Shown here: in pieces, positions 53,215 to 64,000 of the stretch
Numbering within the stretch: the stretch's first letter is position 1
Layout: every line of letters begins with the position of its first letter
Assembly (NCBI RefSeq): GCF_003918875.1
Contig: NW_025767644.1
Coordinates: 186,001 to 250,000, forward strand
Source: Haliotis rubra
Lineage: Eukaryota
Reading direction: 5' to 3'
DNA: 64,000 nucleotides
Notes under the pieces: generated by a model
What the model was told of the DNA's origin: nothing
The model's input: only the letters and a program-made list of their open reading frames with translations
Databases searched by the model: none
Translations under genes and position numbers: made by a program

Positions 53215-53358
53215 AGTGAGTGGGTGAGTTTAGCAATATCCCAGCAATATCGGGGACACTTGAAATGGGCTTCACACATTGTGCCCATGTGGGGAATCGA
53301 ACCCGGGTCTTCGGCGTGACGAGCGAACGCTTTAACCACGAGGCTACCCTACAGCCCC
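53215..53358 (-). mobile_element. SINE family A copy with TSD TATAAGGA(T/C)AGA, adjacent to a degenerate SINE B
   Basis: Family consensus match; flanking direct repeat. Confidence 0.9.
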
Positions 53359-53989
53359 ATATAAGGACAGAAAAAGGTTAGAAAAATAAATTTGTTTTAC
53401 AACACACTGAGATCGGTTTTAATGTCTCGGATCAAACACTTCTTTTGTATTTGACTCAGCATACTTTAACTTGCTACTGAGCTTATGATGAATTATGGTG
53501 CAAAATAATACCCAGTCTTGACTATCCTCAATAAACAAATTTCTTTTGGTGTTAACTGAAAACACCTCTGAAAACTATACTGGACAAAATTAGTTATATA
53601 TATATTTAAATTTTGAAATTATAAATAATGATGTATTTATTCATTGACAAATTGATAAAATATCAATCATAAAAATACCAGTATCCTTAACTTATTATGT
53701 CCAGTATATACGAATGGATTGCTGAACATCAGTGGTGACTTCCGGTGTAAAGGGTAAACATGCCCTGTCTTACCGGTAGTATCCGCCATTCACATTATAA
53801 GAAACGCTCCTGCTGTTGTGATACATGTTCAACTGAGTCTTATACCTCAATCCGATATCTCATGGAATCTCATAGCATAATGAATATTGATCCGTATTAT
53901 TCTGAACGATAAATGAATGCGAATAGTTCAGTTGACCTTCAATGTCAATTAGTCGTCAGAATGATTCCCCCGTGATATAGATATATGAC

Positions 53990-54157
53990 GTGTGTGACGT
54001 CAGCTGAGGTGAGATCGTGGTTGTACAATACCAAGTGGGGCGGGGCGCTGGAGCTCCTATTCCAGCCAAAAGCCGCAGCACGTGGGTGTTTAATTATTTT
54101 GCTACCGATGATGTCTCAGACATTAGTTTTAGGTCACCCGTTGGGCTCAAGGTAAGC
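53990..54157 (+). promoter_or_regulatory. Candidate promoter / first exon
   Basis: Full CRE TGACGTCA (53995), GC box GGGGCGGGGC (54037), E-box CACGTG (~54079), ATG at 54108 open to donor AG|GTAAGC at 54152. Confidence 0.3.
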
Positions 54158-56799
54158 TATAGAATAGGTCCCAAGTAATCGATGCTTGTCGTGAGATAAT
54201 CTGAATTAATATGATAATTGATTGATATGTTCTTGGCTGCACGTGAAAGAAAAAGGGTTAAAGTGAACTTTTTTGTTGATGCCTTTATATGATGTCCTGG
54301 AAGATAAACACCAGACATGTTCCAGAGCATCCACGATATGGGAACAGGCGAATGATTCAGATTTCTTCAGAGAGCACATTTTATAACCACATAAACTTTG
54401 TCAAAGCAGTAAAAAGCAGGTCGTCGGGGTCAAATGCTTCTATCATCTGATTAAAAACGCACTAGGCACAGTAGTGTATTTATAATCAATGTCCGTTGAT
54501 CCAGAACACGGGAGAAGGCAACCATTGCCCCATCAGCAGGAAAGGTTATGATCTCCTGGTTCATTGTGGGCTAAGACCTTAAAATAAACAAATCACGTAG
54601 GTCTTTAATAATCATCAGTTGACTGGCCCCAGGACGTTTATTTACTTCTCGTTTTACCATGCCCATGTTTGTTCACGTCACTATAATGGTATAAGTGTCA
54701 ACGAGAGTGAATTAAGATTTTAAGTCACATGGGCAGTATTTCAGTCATATCGTGAAGTATTAATGTAATCTGCCAGTGTGCACTGTAAGAATGAGAGCTA
54801 ACTTGTCTTTCTCCGATTAATTAGATATCGTCAAATAATTTAGAAATATTGTAATAAAGGAATCCTACCCTAATCACAAAATTCCAAATACCTGTATTTC
54901 AGCGTTAAAACTTACCCGGCGAACCTTTCCTGAAAGCCACCGAAATTATTTATCGATATTTGTAAGAATGATGGCCTAAAGCAACCGTTGACTGGAGGTA
55001 TTTGGGTGAGAATAGTTGTGAACTAAAGGTTTGTCTTGTTGAGACTTATATTCACACAGGGGGAAATATCACTTTCAACCTGAGAACCTGTTAATACTGC
55101 CTCAGGATGCCCGATGAAAAAGCAAAGCATTTTCAAATGAATGTAACAGCGCTCCTTGTAAAACCTTCTTTGAACAGATGTTCATGAAAATATTTTGTGC
55201 GAAAATTGCAGACGCCTGTTCACCAACATCACGGAGAAAACAAGAATCTTAAGATGCTTAATAGGGTGTGAGGGAAAATGTTCCTCAATATCTCCTGTGA
55301 TCAGTAATTGAACTGGCAACAGGGATACCAAACGTACCATGTAGCATTTGGAAGAATTTATACACACATATTTATTTCTTTGAATTTAAAGTATATAATA
55401 AAATCCTTTAGTATTTCAAAATGTGCATCTACTAGAGTCAGAAATTTTTATTTCGTTTCGTTTCATTCTTCGAAAGGCCACAAGTAGGTAATATTAAATT
55501 GACTCTCTGAATAATACATTGACAATCAATGAGGGCATGATCTTTACTTCGCATCCGCCAGGCGTTATTAGCACACAAATTTACCGTGAAGGTTTACAAC
55601 TTCTGGTGCCAGAATATACGGTCAATAATGTCCATAAATCATTGAAACCAACCTTGATAACTTTTACGATTTGTCCCTACTCGGAAAATCTTGAAACACT
55701 GGGATAGCATGATCCTATTACAGAAGGCCGACTATTCCCAGAAGATTGCCTTGGAGTCCATGCCCATGGCATATCAATCAAGGAATCGCCAATAACAGAC
55801 TGGAAGATGGGATGTATCAGGACTGTGCAATCTCAGAAGAAAGATGTCGATGGGATGGCAATTTATCGAGTCCGAGATTGAAAACGAAATAATGTTTCAA
55901 TATATGACCCTTTGCATTGCTCAACTAACGTGTCTCATACATAAAAGGTTACCCTATGAAATGTAATCACCTTCATTCGAATATAGAGTATCGCAAGTAA
56001 AATGTATGCTCTTGGTCATGACGTGAATATCACCTGTTCTAAAAAACCATCATGCACGAAGTGTGGAATAAAATCAATGATATACTCTGGTATTAAAGTG
56101 CATACGATATCCGATTTTGTCAACATACTATCTGTTGTAACTGTGTTGTTTTGACGTTTTAGGAAATACACTGATATTTTTCCATTACGATCATTGTTGT
56201 ACAGGAGCTTGGGTCAATGGTTATAGTTAAGCGTATTAATCATTCAAATATAATTAAATTTTCGCTGTGCTCTGCATTCTGAATGGCTGAACTGGTCACG
56301 TGTTATAGCATTCTTTTCTCAATGATTGTTAAAATATTAACCAGGCCCACCAAAGCAGATTACTTTCACCACTGCGGATTACCGGAGAATCCCATTCACA
56401 GGGAATTCCCTTTCTGTTTACGCGTATCATTCGTGCACAGGAATATTTAGCGATATTCATACATATTCAGGGTCGCACAAACCACCTTGCGATACCCGAA
56501 AGCCCAGAAGGTTTGCAAGGCCTGTAGGCTAGCTTGCGTGTTTTTGGGGGGTTTTTCTTCGCTCGTCTGGGTTACACAAATGGCATTTATGTAAGTTAGA
56601 GTTAGTTTCCAAAGTAACATTTTTAGCATTGTCTACCCGTCGTTAGGAAACTAATGCTTGAATTTGGCGGTTACTGACCATTTGAAAGAGTGACCCTCTT
56701 CTCGACATGTTTGTTCCGGCGTGTTACAGTCTGACTGTTGTAGTACTTCTTGCCTCTTACTGTGATTGATAGGTCCTTTTTAGCTATTCTCCGTTGATT

Positions 56800-57860
56800 G
56801 GCGTGTCCAACCTTGTAGGCGTGTCAAGTTATGTGCATAAATTCAACAATCACCTTATACACGTCACAGTTTGTATTCCTACGCTTGGAATGTTTTTGGG
56901 TTTTTTTTAGTGGTTTTGTGGTTTTTTTGGTGTGGTTTTTTTTTGGGGGGGGGCTTCTTTTTTTGTGCACCCGTGAAGGTCCGGGATAGAATAAATCTTC
57001 AGCAACCCAGGCTTGTCGTAAGAGGCGACTAACGGGATTGGGTGGTCAGGCTCGCTGGCTTGGTTGACACATGTCATCGGTTCCCAATTGCGCAGATCGA
57101 TGCTCATGCTGTTGATCACTGGATGTCTGGTCCAGACTCGATTATTTACAGACCGCCGCCATATAGCTGGAATATTGCTGAGTGAGGGGTAAAACTAAAC
57201 TCACTCACTCACTCACTCTTTTTTGTGCACTCGAGTCAGTATTTCTGCTCGGATTTACGGAACAAGGGAATTTGGACAAAACGTTTAACCTGAGATTCTG
57301 GTATAACGATGTAAGATTTGTTCAATGTTGATTAAATAGACAATTTCCTTGACTGCAATACCAATCTGAGCTAAGATTAAAACATGCCAGTGTTCCATAT
57401 TTAGATCGTTGCAAATACATTCAGCCTGAAGACAGCCATCTCCAAGATCTACGACAACAGTGATTACTGTCCTAAGATCGACTTTTCTTTCATGTCGAGC
57501 AAGATTTTATCAGCTCCATTGCTAGTTTAGAGGCACGGTGCAGGTGTGTACATTTCGGAATATTTTAGGTGCAATCGAGCAAGTTCTTTCTCCGAAGCTC
57601 CCAGACACTCTAACTCAGAAAGATGTTTGATCAGTGATACAACATTCAAGACCTTGGTAACACTATCAAACGGTTTAATGGCAGTCATATGGATGGTCTT
57701 GTCACTCGTACGCATCAAAATGATGTCCTATGTTATTCACAATGTTTACATACACCATGTTTTCCCATGTGTGTTGAGATGACTGGTTTGCTTCCCCACG
57801 TGCTTGTGACGGGTACCACCAGTTGGGTTGGATGCGCCACCTTTCCGCTTGCTTCATGCA
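56800..57860 (+). mobile_element. Decayed Penelope-like RT fragment (ORF ends after RT thumb, as in clades with N-terminal GIY-YIG), interrupted by SINE B
   Basis: LFCALESVF..KTFNLRFWYNDV (cf. LFLYSYE..FNxTFRYIDDV), ASVPYLD, KIYD..DFSFMSSKI, GVYISEYFRCNRASS, RKMFDQ*YNIQDLGNTIKRFNGSH. Confidence 0.7.
56969..57218 (+). mobile_element. SINE family B full-length copy with TSD TTTTTTGTGCAC
   Basis: Complete head to (ACTC)n tail; TSD at ~56959-56970 and 57219-57230. Confidence 0.95.
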
Positions 57861-57894
57861 GTGGTTTATTTCCTGCAGCGGTTTGTGCTATAGT

Positions 57895-58207
57895 TATACA
57901 ATGATCTGCATTCAACAGATAACAATGATCTGCATTTAACAGATTACAATGATCTGCATTCAAAATATTACAATGATCTGCATTTAACAGATTAGAATTA
58001 TCTGCATTTAACAAACAACAACGACCTGCATTTGACAGATTACAATGATCTGAACTCAACAGATCACAATGATCTGCATTCAGACGATAACAGTGATCTG
58101 CATTTAACAGATTAGAATGATCTGCATTTGACAAACAACGACGACCTGCATTTGACAGATAACAATGATCTGCATTCAACAGATTACAATGATCTGCATT
58201 TTGACAG
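57895..58207. repeat. 24-bp minisatellite (ACAATGATCTGCATTTAACAGATT)
   Basis: About 13 tandem units. Confidence 0.95.
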
Positions 58208-58844
58208 ATTTCTGATATTTATTGATTCGCTTGTGTATTTTTTAGCCCTTCTCCGACATTACGAGGAAAAGCTTACCAATAGGGTTAGAAACCCACCGTG
58301 TTACCTCTGTTGAGAATACATTTGGCAGCATGACGCCCACAAATTGATGTCAACAAATGTTTGACATTCAACGCCAGATTCTTTCTCATTCAGTATGCAG
58401 TGGACGTGAGCTAATGCAATTTCTCAATACTTTGGGGGAGGCCATTTCCGATAATCAAAATTTATTTGCACAATTTCCAGATTCCGACTGCGTTCCGAGC
58501 ACGTTTCCCTTCAATTGCTTTTCCAGAAATACAATTTATATTGACGTAAACACGGCGACAGGAAATATTCAATTCACACTTCGTATGTACGTCAGGTGCC
58601 ATTTCTCTTCTTGTTACTTTGCTGTTTAGTTGAAGGTGAGTCGGCCAAATGTCTTGTAGCAGATGTTCCATGAATTTTGCGACATGGAAATATACATTTA
58701 GGCGTCAAATATAAGACCACGGCGAACATGTGTTGCGGGCGCGGTTTATCTCATTTCCTTGAGCTGGAGGTACAAATCACCGCCAAATCCGAATAAATAG
58801 CAGTCATTTGTTTGTTTGTCTTTGAATGGAATATGTTAGAATCC

Positions 58845-59272
58845 AATTGAGTCAGAATTGATCTTCGGCAGCCCATGTTTGTTGTAAGAGGCGATCTTTG
58901 GTTGGTTTGTTGTTTAACGCCGCACTCAGCAATATTCTAAGTATATGGCGGCGGTCTGTAAGTAATCAAATCTGGACCAGATAATCCAGTGATCAACATC
59001 ATGAGCATCGATCTATGCAAATGGGATACGGTTGCATGTATCAACCAAGCCAGCGAGCCTGACAGTTCGATTCCGTTAGACGCCTCTTACGTAAGGCGAT
59101 ATACGGGATCGATTGGTATGGTTCGAACCGATGACTTGGTTGATTTATATCCTCGAACCCAATTACGTAGATCGATGCTCATGATGTTAGTCCCTTGGTT
59201 GTCTGTTCAGACATGGCTATTTACAGACTGACGTCATGAAGCTGGAATATTGCTGAGTGAGGCGTTAAAAGT
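58845..59272. mobile_element. SINE B (-, ~58898-59090) nested in an older SINE B (+)
   Basis: The (+) copy is split at gtaagaggcgat / gtaaggcgat, with an antisense copy between. Confidence 0.75.
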
Positions 59273-60093
59273 CAAAGTAATAATATCCAGTAACCATTGA
59301 TCTCGGGTACAGAGGACTCAAATATCAGATTTCGAAATCCGATATAAGCAAAAAAATATCTTTTTTTCATTCTCAGATATGCTTTTTAATTGAAACGCTT
59401 ATAATATTCATAACGTTGTCTTTGAAGGAACAATACGGTTTCGATGGAATTTGTTTTAACAAAAACGTTTCTTTTGATGTCCTTTCATGCAGCTTAATCT
59501 GAATTTCTTGTAGAGTACGTTTCACTTTAATTATTACAAAACATTAGCCGTTAAACACTTGTGTTGCATTCATTCTGTGACAGAGTGCTCGCCAATAGGT
59601 CCTTATTTCAACTAATGTTGAGAGACAACATATCATTGGATATTACATGCAAGACTGCCTGTGAGATGTTGACGGTAACGAAAACTGCGCTTTGCTTTGA
59701 AGAGGATTACCATTAGCAATTGTTCTGATATTATTTCCATTATCCCAGATTTTCACTTAGCCGTCGTTCACAAACCAGAACCATCTTTACACAAGCGCTG
59801 CACCGTTCGGCTTTTAATGAACTTTGGAGTCGAAATAGGTAGGAGACGTCTCAGCATTTTGATCCTATTTGATACATTTACCGTGAAAGGTCACGTAGCT
59901 TTGATCTTTCGCCCTCGGTTATCATGAAGAGTACTGCAAAAATTGCAACTTATGGCACTTTTGTTTTGAAAATGGTTGGAAGCAACTTTTAGGTCCTGAT
60001 AGTGTTGTGGCACATCGGTACATATTGTCTATTCATGCAGTTACTGTGTATATTCACTTTTGAATCCATTGTTAACATGTATGTATTCATGAG

Positions 60094-60359
60094 TGAGTGA
60101 GTGAGTTTAGTTTTACGCCGCACTCAGCAATATTCCAGCTATATGGCGGCGGTCTGTAAATAATCGAGTCTGGACCAACAATCCAGTGATCAACAGCATG
60201 AGCATCGATCTGCGCAATTTGGAACCGAGGACATGTGTCAACCAAGTCAGCGGGCCTGACCACCCGATCCCGTTAGTCGCCTCTTACGACAAGCAAAGTC
60301 GCCTTTTATGGCAAGCATGGGTTGCTGAAGACCTATTCTACCCCGGATCTTCACGGGTC
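60094..60359 (-). mobile_element. SINE family B full-length copy, TSD ATGTATTCATGAG
   Basis: 13-bp TSD (60081-60093, 60360-60372); carries a duplicated hairpin module. Confidence 0.96.
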
Positions 60360-60444
60360 ATGTATTCATGAGGTACTCTATACATTCTCTCATCGGATGA
60401 ATGAACAACAATTTTCCAACAATGTGCGAATACCTGTTCTCATC

Positions 60445-60686
60445 TACCCGTGACGGTCCGGGTTAGAATGAACCTTCAGGAACCCATGCTTGTCGTAAGA
60501 GGCGACTAACGAAGTTGTCAGGCTCGCTGACTTGGTTGACACATGCCATCGGTTCCCAATTGCGCAGATCGATGTTCATGCTGTTGATCACTGCATTGTC
60601 TGGTCCAGACTCGATTATTTACAGACCGCCGCTATATAGCTGGAATATTGCTGAGTGCGGCGTAAAAACAAACTCACTCACTCACC
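60445..60686 (+). mobile_element. SINE family B full-length copy, TSD CCTGTTCTCATC
   Basis: 12-bp TSD (60433-60444, 60687-60698). Confidence 0.96.
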
Positions 60687-60782
60687 CCTGTTCTCATCGC
60701 TAGTGAATAGCGATTCACATAATATGCTTTTGATGGTCAGAACCTCACACTGAATCTTGATTTAACAGTTTGTTATTATTAA

Positions 60783-60939
60783 GGCGGGGTGGCTGGGTAG
60801 CCGAGTGGTTGAAGAGTTTCGAAGACCCGGGTGCCATTCCACCATGGGTACAATGTAGAAAACCCATTTCAGGTGTTCTCCGCTACGATATTGCTGGAAT
60901 ATTGCTAAAAGCGGCGGCGTAAAACTAAATTCATTCACT
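60783..60939 (+). mobile_element. SINE family A copy
   Basis: gggtagccgagtggtt...gatattgctggaatattgctaaaagcggc. Confidence 0.88.
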
Positions 60940-61275
60940 ATGATTGAGGAAACGGGGTTTTCCGTGTATATCTGTATGTGTTATTTACATCAATTTCTTC
61001 TTTTATATATGTAACGGTAAACCTATGAGATGGGTACAAAATGTTTAAAGTTAACTGTACTGCCATATAAGTGCATGAGTATAATGTCGGAGATTCTACT
61101 GAATCAACGTGGGGAATCTATCGTCGGTTGTTTGTTTCAGAAACTGCTATATTTAATGTCAGCATAAATGTATAGCAACTATGATCAAACTGATCTCAAA
61201 CCAGAAACACAGAAGACTTAAGCATCTTTGTTTATGAGAAACATTAACAGTGTTTCCTTTACCCTCTTATTATGA

Positions 61276-61439
61276 GGGGCGGTGGGGTAGCCTAGTGGTT
61301 AAAGCGTTCGCTTGTCACGCCCAAGACCCGAGTTCGATTCCCCACATGGGTACAATGTGTGAAGCCCATTTCTGGTGTCCCCCGCCGTGATATTGCTGGA
61401 ATATTGCTAAAAGCGACGTAAAACCAAACACACTCACTC
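61276..61439 (+). mobile_element. SINE family A full-length reference copy (tRNA-Asp(GTC)-like head)
   Basis: A box TAGCCTAGTGG, B box GTTCGATTCC, cgcttGTCacgc resembling the tRNA-Asp anticodon arm; TSD CTCT(T/G)ATTATGAG. Confidence 0.95.
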
Positions 61440-63199
61440 TGATTATGAGAAATTGAAGGTGTGTGCGTGCGGCAGTCGTGCGCGTGTTTGAACGCTTTAC
61501 AATAACCATGCTATCCCAGCTGATCAGAGTTGAAGAACCCCTATGTCTTTAGACATCAATGTCTGTGAGGAACGTCTACATCATTTCTACCTAATAAAAG
61601 AGTGATCGAGTGTGTGTCTTACCTAAAGACAGGCACTATTTAGCACATAAGCATTTGCTGAACCTTTAGCTCGTTAAGTGAAGGTCATTGATTTAGGCTT
61701 TCATCCTTCCTCATTGTCTGTACACGATAACATAATTATGCTAAGGAGTGACTAGTTAGTTAATGAGTGAGTGGTAATATTATCCTTGAAGCGCAATGGT
61801 TCACAATTAAGTTCATTCGTCAGTGGTTTAAGTATACGTACGTTGTCACGACTGTTCGTGTAAGAAAGAAATAAACAGCGGGACCTATTTAAGTCTGTGT
61901 AGTAAGTCTTGCATTTATTCCTCTCACTGACGTTTTTCTCGTGTTCCATATGTGTCTTGTCACAGTTAGGAAGGACAAATTGTCGTTGCTGACGTTGAAT
62001 ATTTCAGGTCTATGCTAAGAAGTCCAATCATCGAAATGGTACCATTTAAAACCACATTTCCAGCAAAGCAATAACCGTGCATTCGACGAAAATAACATTC
62101 TTTAAGGCAATCTGTCCATAGAGGAATGTTTCAATGAGTGGAGTTAAGTCTCTGTCAGCGTTGTGAGGCTCCGGTGATTGGCACCGATAATGACATCATT
62201 GCGCAAACGCCCTGCGTTGGTGTCAATCGCCGGTGCGTCTGGTCCGGGCTATTATGTACGGACCGGCATCATACAAAATACAAATAATTTGCATATATCT
62301 TTCTGTCCATGTGCTTATGCACTTCTGCTCAGGATATAGCCATAATTGTACAATCGACTCTGCGTTTGGCAGAGATTTGTTGTGAATGTGGAAAGAGTTT
62401 TGTCGCTTCTATTATTCAAGACTGTGAGTACAGTATTTTTATACAGTTGTACCAACGAAATCCATCCGTCCGTCCGTCTGAAGACATTTTTATTCAACCA
62501 ACAACTTGAAAACTATGTATTGGATTGTTGGGGACAATCGTTTATGCCTACAGGGAGGTGCAGTGCAAATTTTGATTATGATATTTTAGATTTTTAAAAT
62601 GGAACTTATGTCCATTCAAAAACTTGAACACATTTGAATGGAATGTTTTGAAATTTAGTGATCATCCTCACTATCAATAGAAGTGGTGCACTGCAAAGGT
62701 ATATCTTGATATATTCCATTTATCAAAAATATCATAAATTACCCCACTTAAACTCGGGGAAAAGTCACACGTTAAATTTGTTCTTCCAATAACTTTTCAA
62801 TCACTTAATGGACTGTTTTCGGATTTGGGCAGTGAATTCATGTTTTATAGGAAAGGTGCAGTGTAAAGTTTGACACAGAGATTGCATTTTCGCCCAAAGT
62901 AATCAACATTACAACTGAAGCTGGGAGTCACGGCCGGGGGTATTAGAGAGTCTTGCTGACAAATGTTGGCTCGTCATAGATATAAAATCGTCATATATAC
63001 ATATACAATATGTTTTACAATTGTAATAGGATGATTCAGTAAAACGCACAGTAGCCGCCAATACTGGGGTAAAGTGAGGATGTCATCTTCAGTCTTGTCG
63101 CAGACTTAAGCTTACAATTGGTACTTCATGCAGCAAATATTGGTATTGGTATCTTGTCAGTCCATGTGACTGGAGCATAGTCTTCAAAATCGATCACTG

Positions 63200-63720
63200 A
63201 TAAAGTCATTCATATCTCTCAACGGCTTTGGTAACACATGTATATTCAGCCTTGTGGCTAAATGTGTAATGTATTGCTCAAATCATTAATTGCACATCAT
63301 AAATCTACACTAAGAGTTAACTCACATTTACTGTCACCGAAGTGGCAAGGTAATCCTTTCAGTTATAGGATTTATACCAACAATCACCATTCCCTAATTA
63401 TTAGACAGTCCAGAGAAAGGCCGGACGGTAATGACCAGTAGTAGATGACCTTCAGGATATCCGCGACAACAGAGTTGTGCTTGGGCATGTAATGACTTGG
63501 TTCAGACGCGACAAACCGTGGTAAACATTTGACATTACCGCAATAGAGACATACTCTGGGAGGCCGCATACTACGGGGTTAGAAGGGATAGATTGTTGGT
63601 TTTCACACTAGTCCCTGACTGGTATAATTACTTCCTTGCAGTTCTGTTGGGACAGAGATGAGCAATTTAACAATTTGCATAATCGTCTCCACGTATGTCT
63701 TGTTCGGTTCGGCAACAACT
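63200..63720 (-). mobile_element. Possible decayed CR1/L2-group LINE RT relic
   Basis: VYHGLSRLNQ...RILK...INPI pattern resembling the RT domain-0/1 region (VxxxLxxLxxxKAxGPD..RxLK..VxPI). Confidence 0.3.
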
Positions 63721-64000
63721 GTGTCTAGTCCGAAACACACTTAACTGTTAAACGCATTGCATACAAACTGTTGATGTTCCTTGCTATGATAAAATAACTT
63801 TCAGTAAGGATGTATTTTGGAGGCTGTGGAACCCATCGAAAATACCATTGACATTTGGAGGACATTTCCAAATGTGCTGCCTCAGTGACAGGATGTTATA
63901 AATATTTGTCAAACTTTCATGGTAAATGACAGTTTGACAAATATTTCGATTCAGCTTGACATTAATCTCTGTTTCTGACAGGAACTGTCAGACACTGCAA

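Noticed and set aside
57733-58179. 148-aa ORF with LNADHCNL octapeptide repeats
   Set aside because: 24-bp minisatellite read antisense, running into the antisense strand of a PLE 3' end
61276-61350. tRNA-Asp gene
   Set aside because: No proper acceptor stem; continues into SINE body and tail with TSD; multi-copy SINE head

Overview
AT-rich (roughly 38-40% GC by eye) eukaryotic non-coding DNA with no intact host protein-coding gene that I can support. It looks like a large intron or intergenic region of an invertebrate, and the SINE and Penelope-type repeat content suggests a mollusc such as a gastropod (inference). Contents: (i) a near-intact Tc1 (DD34E) DNA transposon at 13689-15215. (ii) A ~6.7-kb near-perfect tandem duplication (15183-21895 / 21896-28620) that starts inside the Tc1 right TIR and carries a 5'-truncated R4/Dong-type RLE LINE inserted in a (TAA)n microsatellite plus a hAT MITE. 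(iii) More than 30 copies of short retroposons: family A has a tRNA-Asp-like head, family B has a non-tRNA structured head, and family C is a third family. All three share a covarying 3' stem-loop and an (ACTC)n tail. (iv) Decayed relics of Penelope-like, Gypsy, Tc1, probable Academ and CR1/L2-like elements, and a ~2-kb decayed ORF of unknown family. (v) Seven minisatellites, one with an internal inversion. The most novel-looking signals are the pseudoknotted, HDV-ribozyme-reminiscent 5' head of SINE family B and a palindromic Penelope-derived mini-element with hammerhead remnants.
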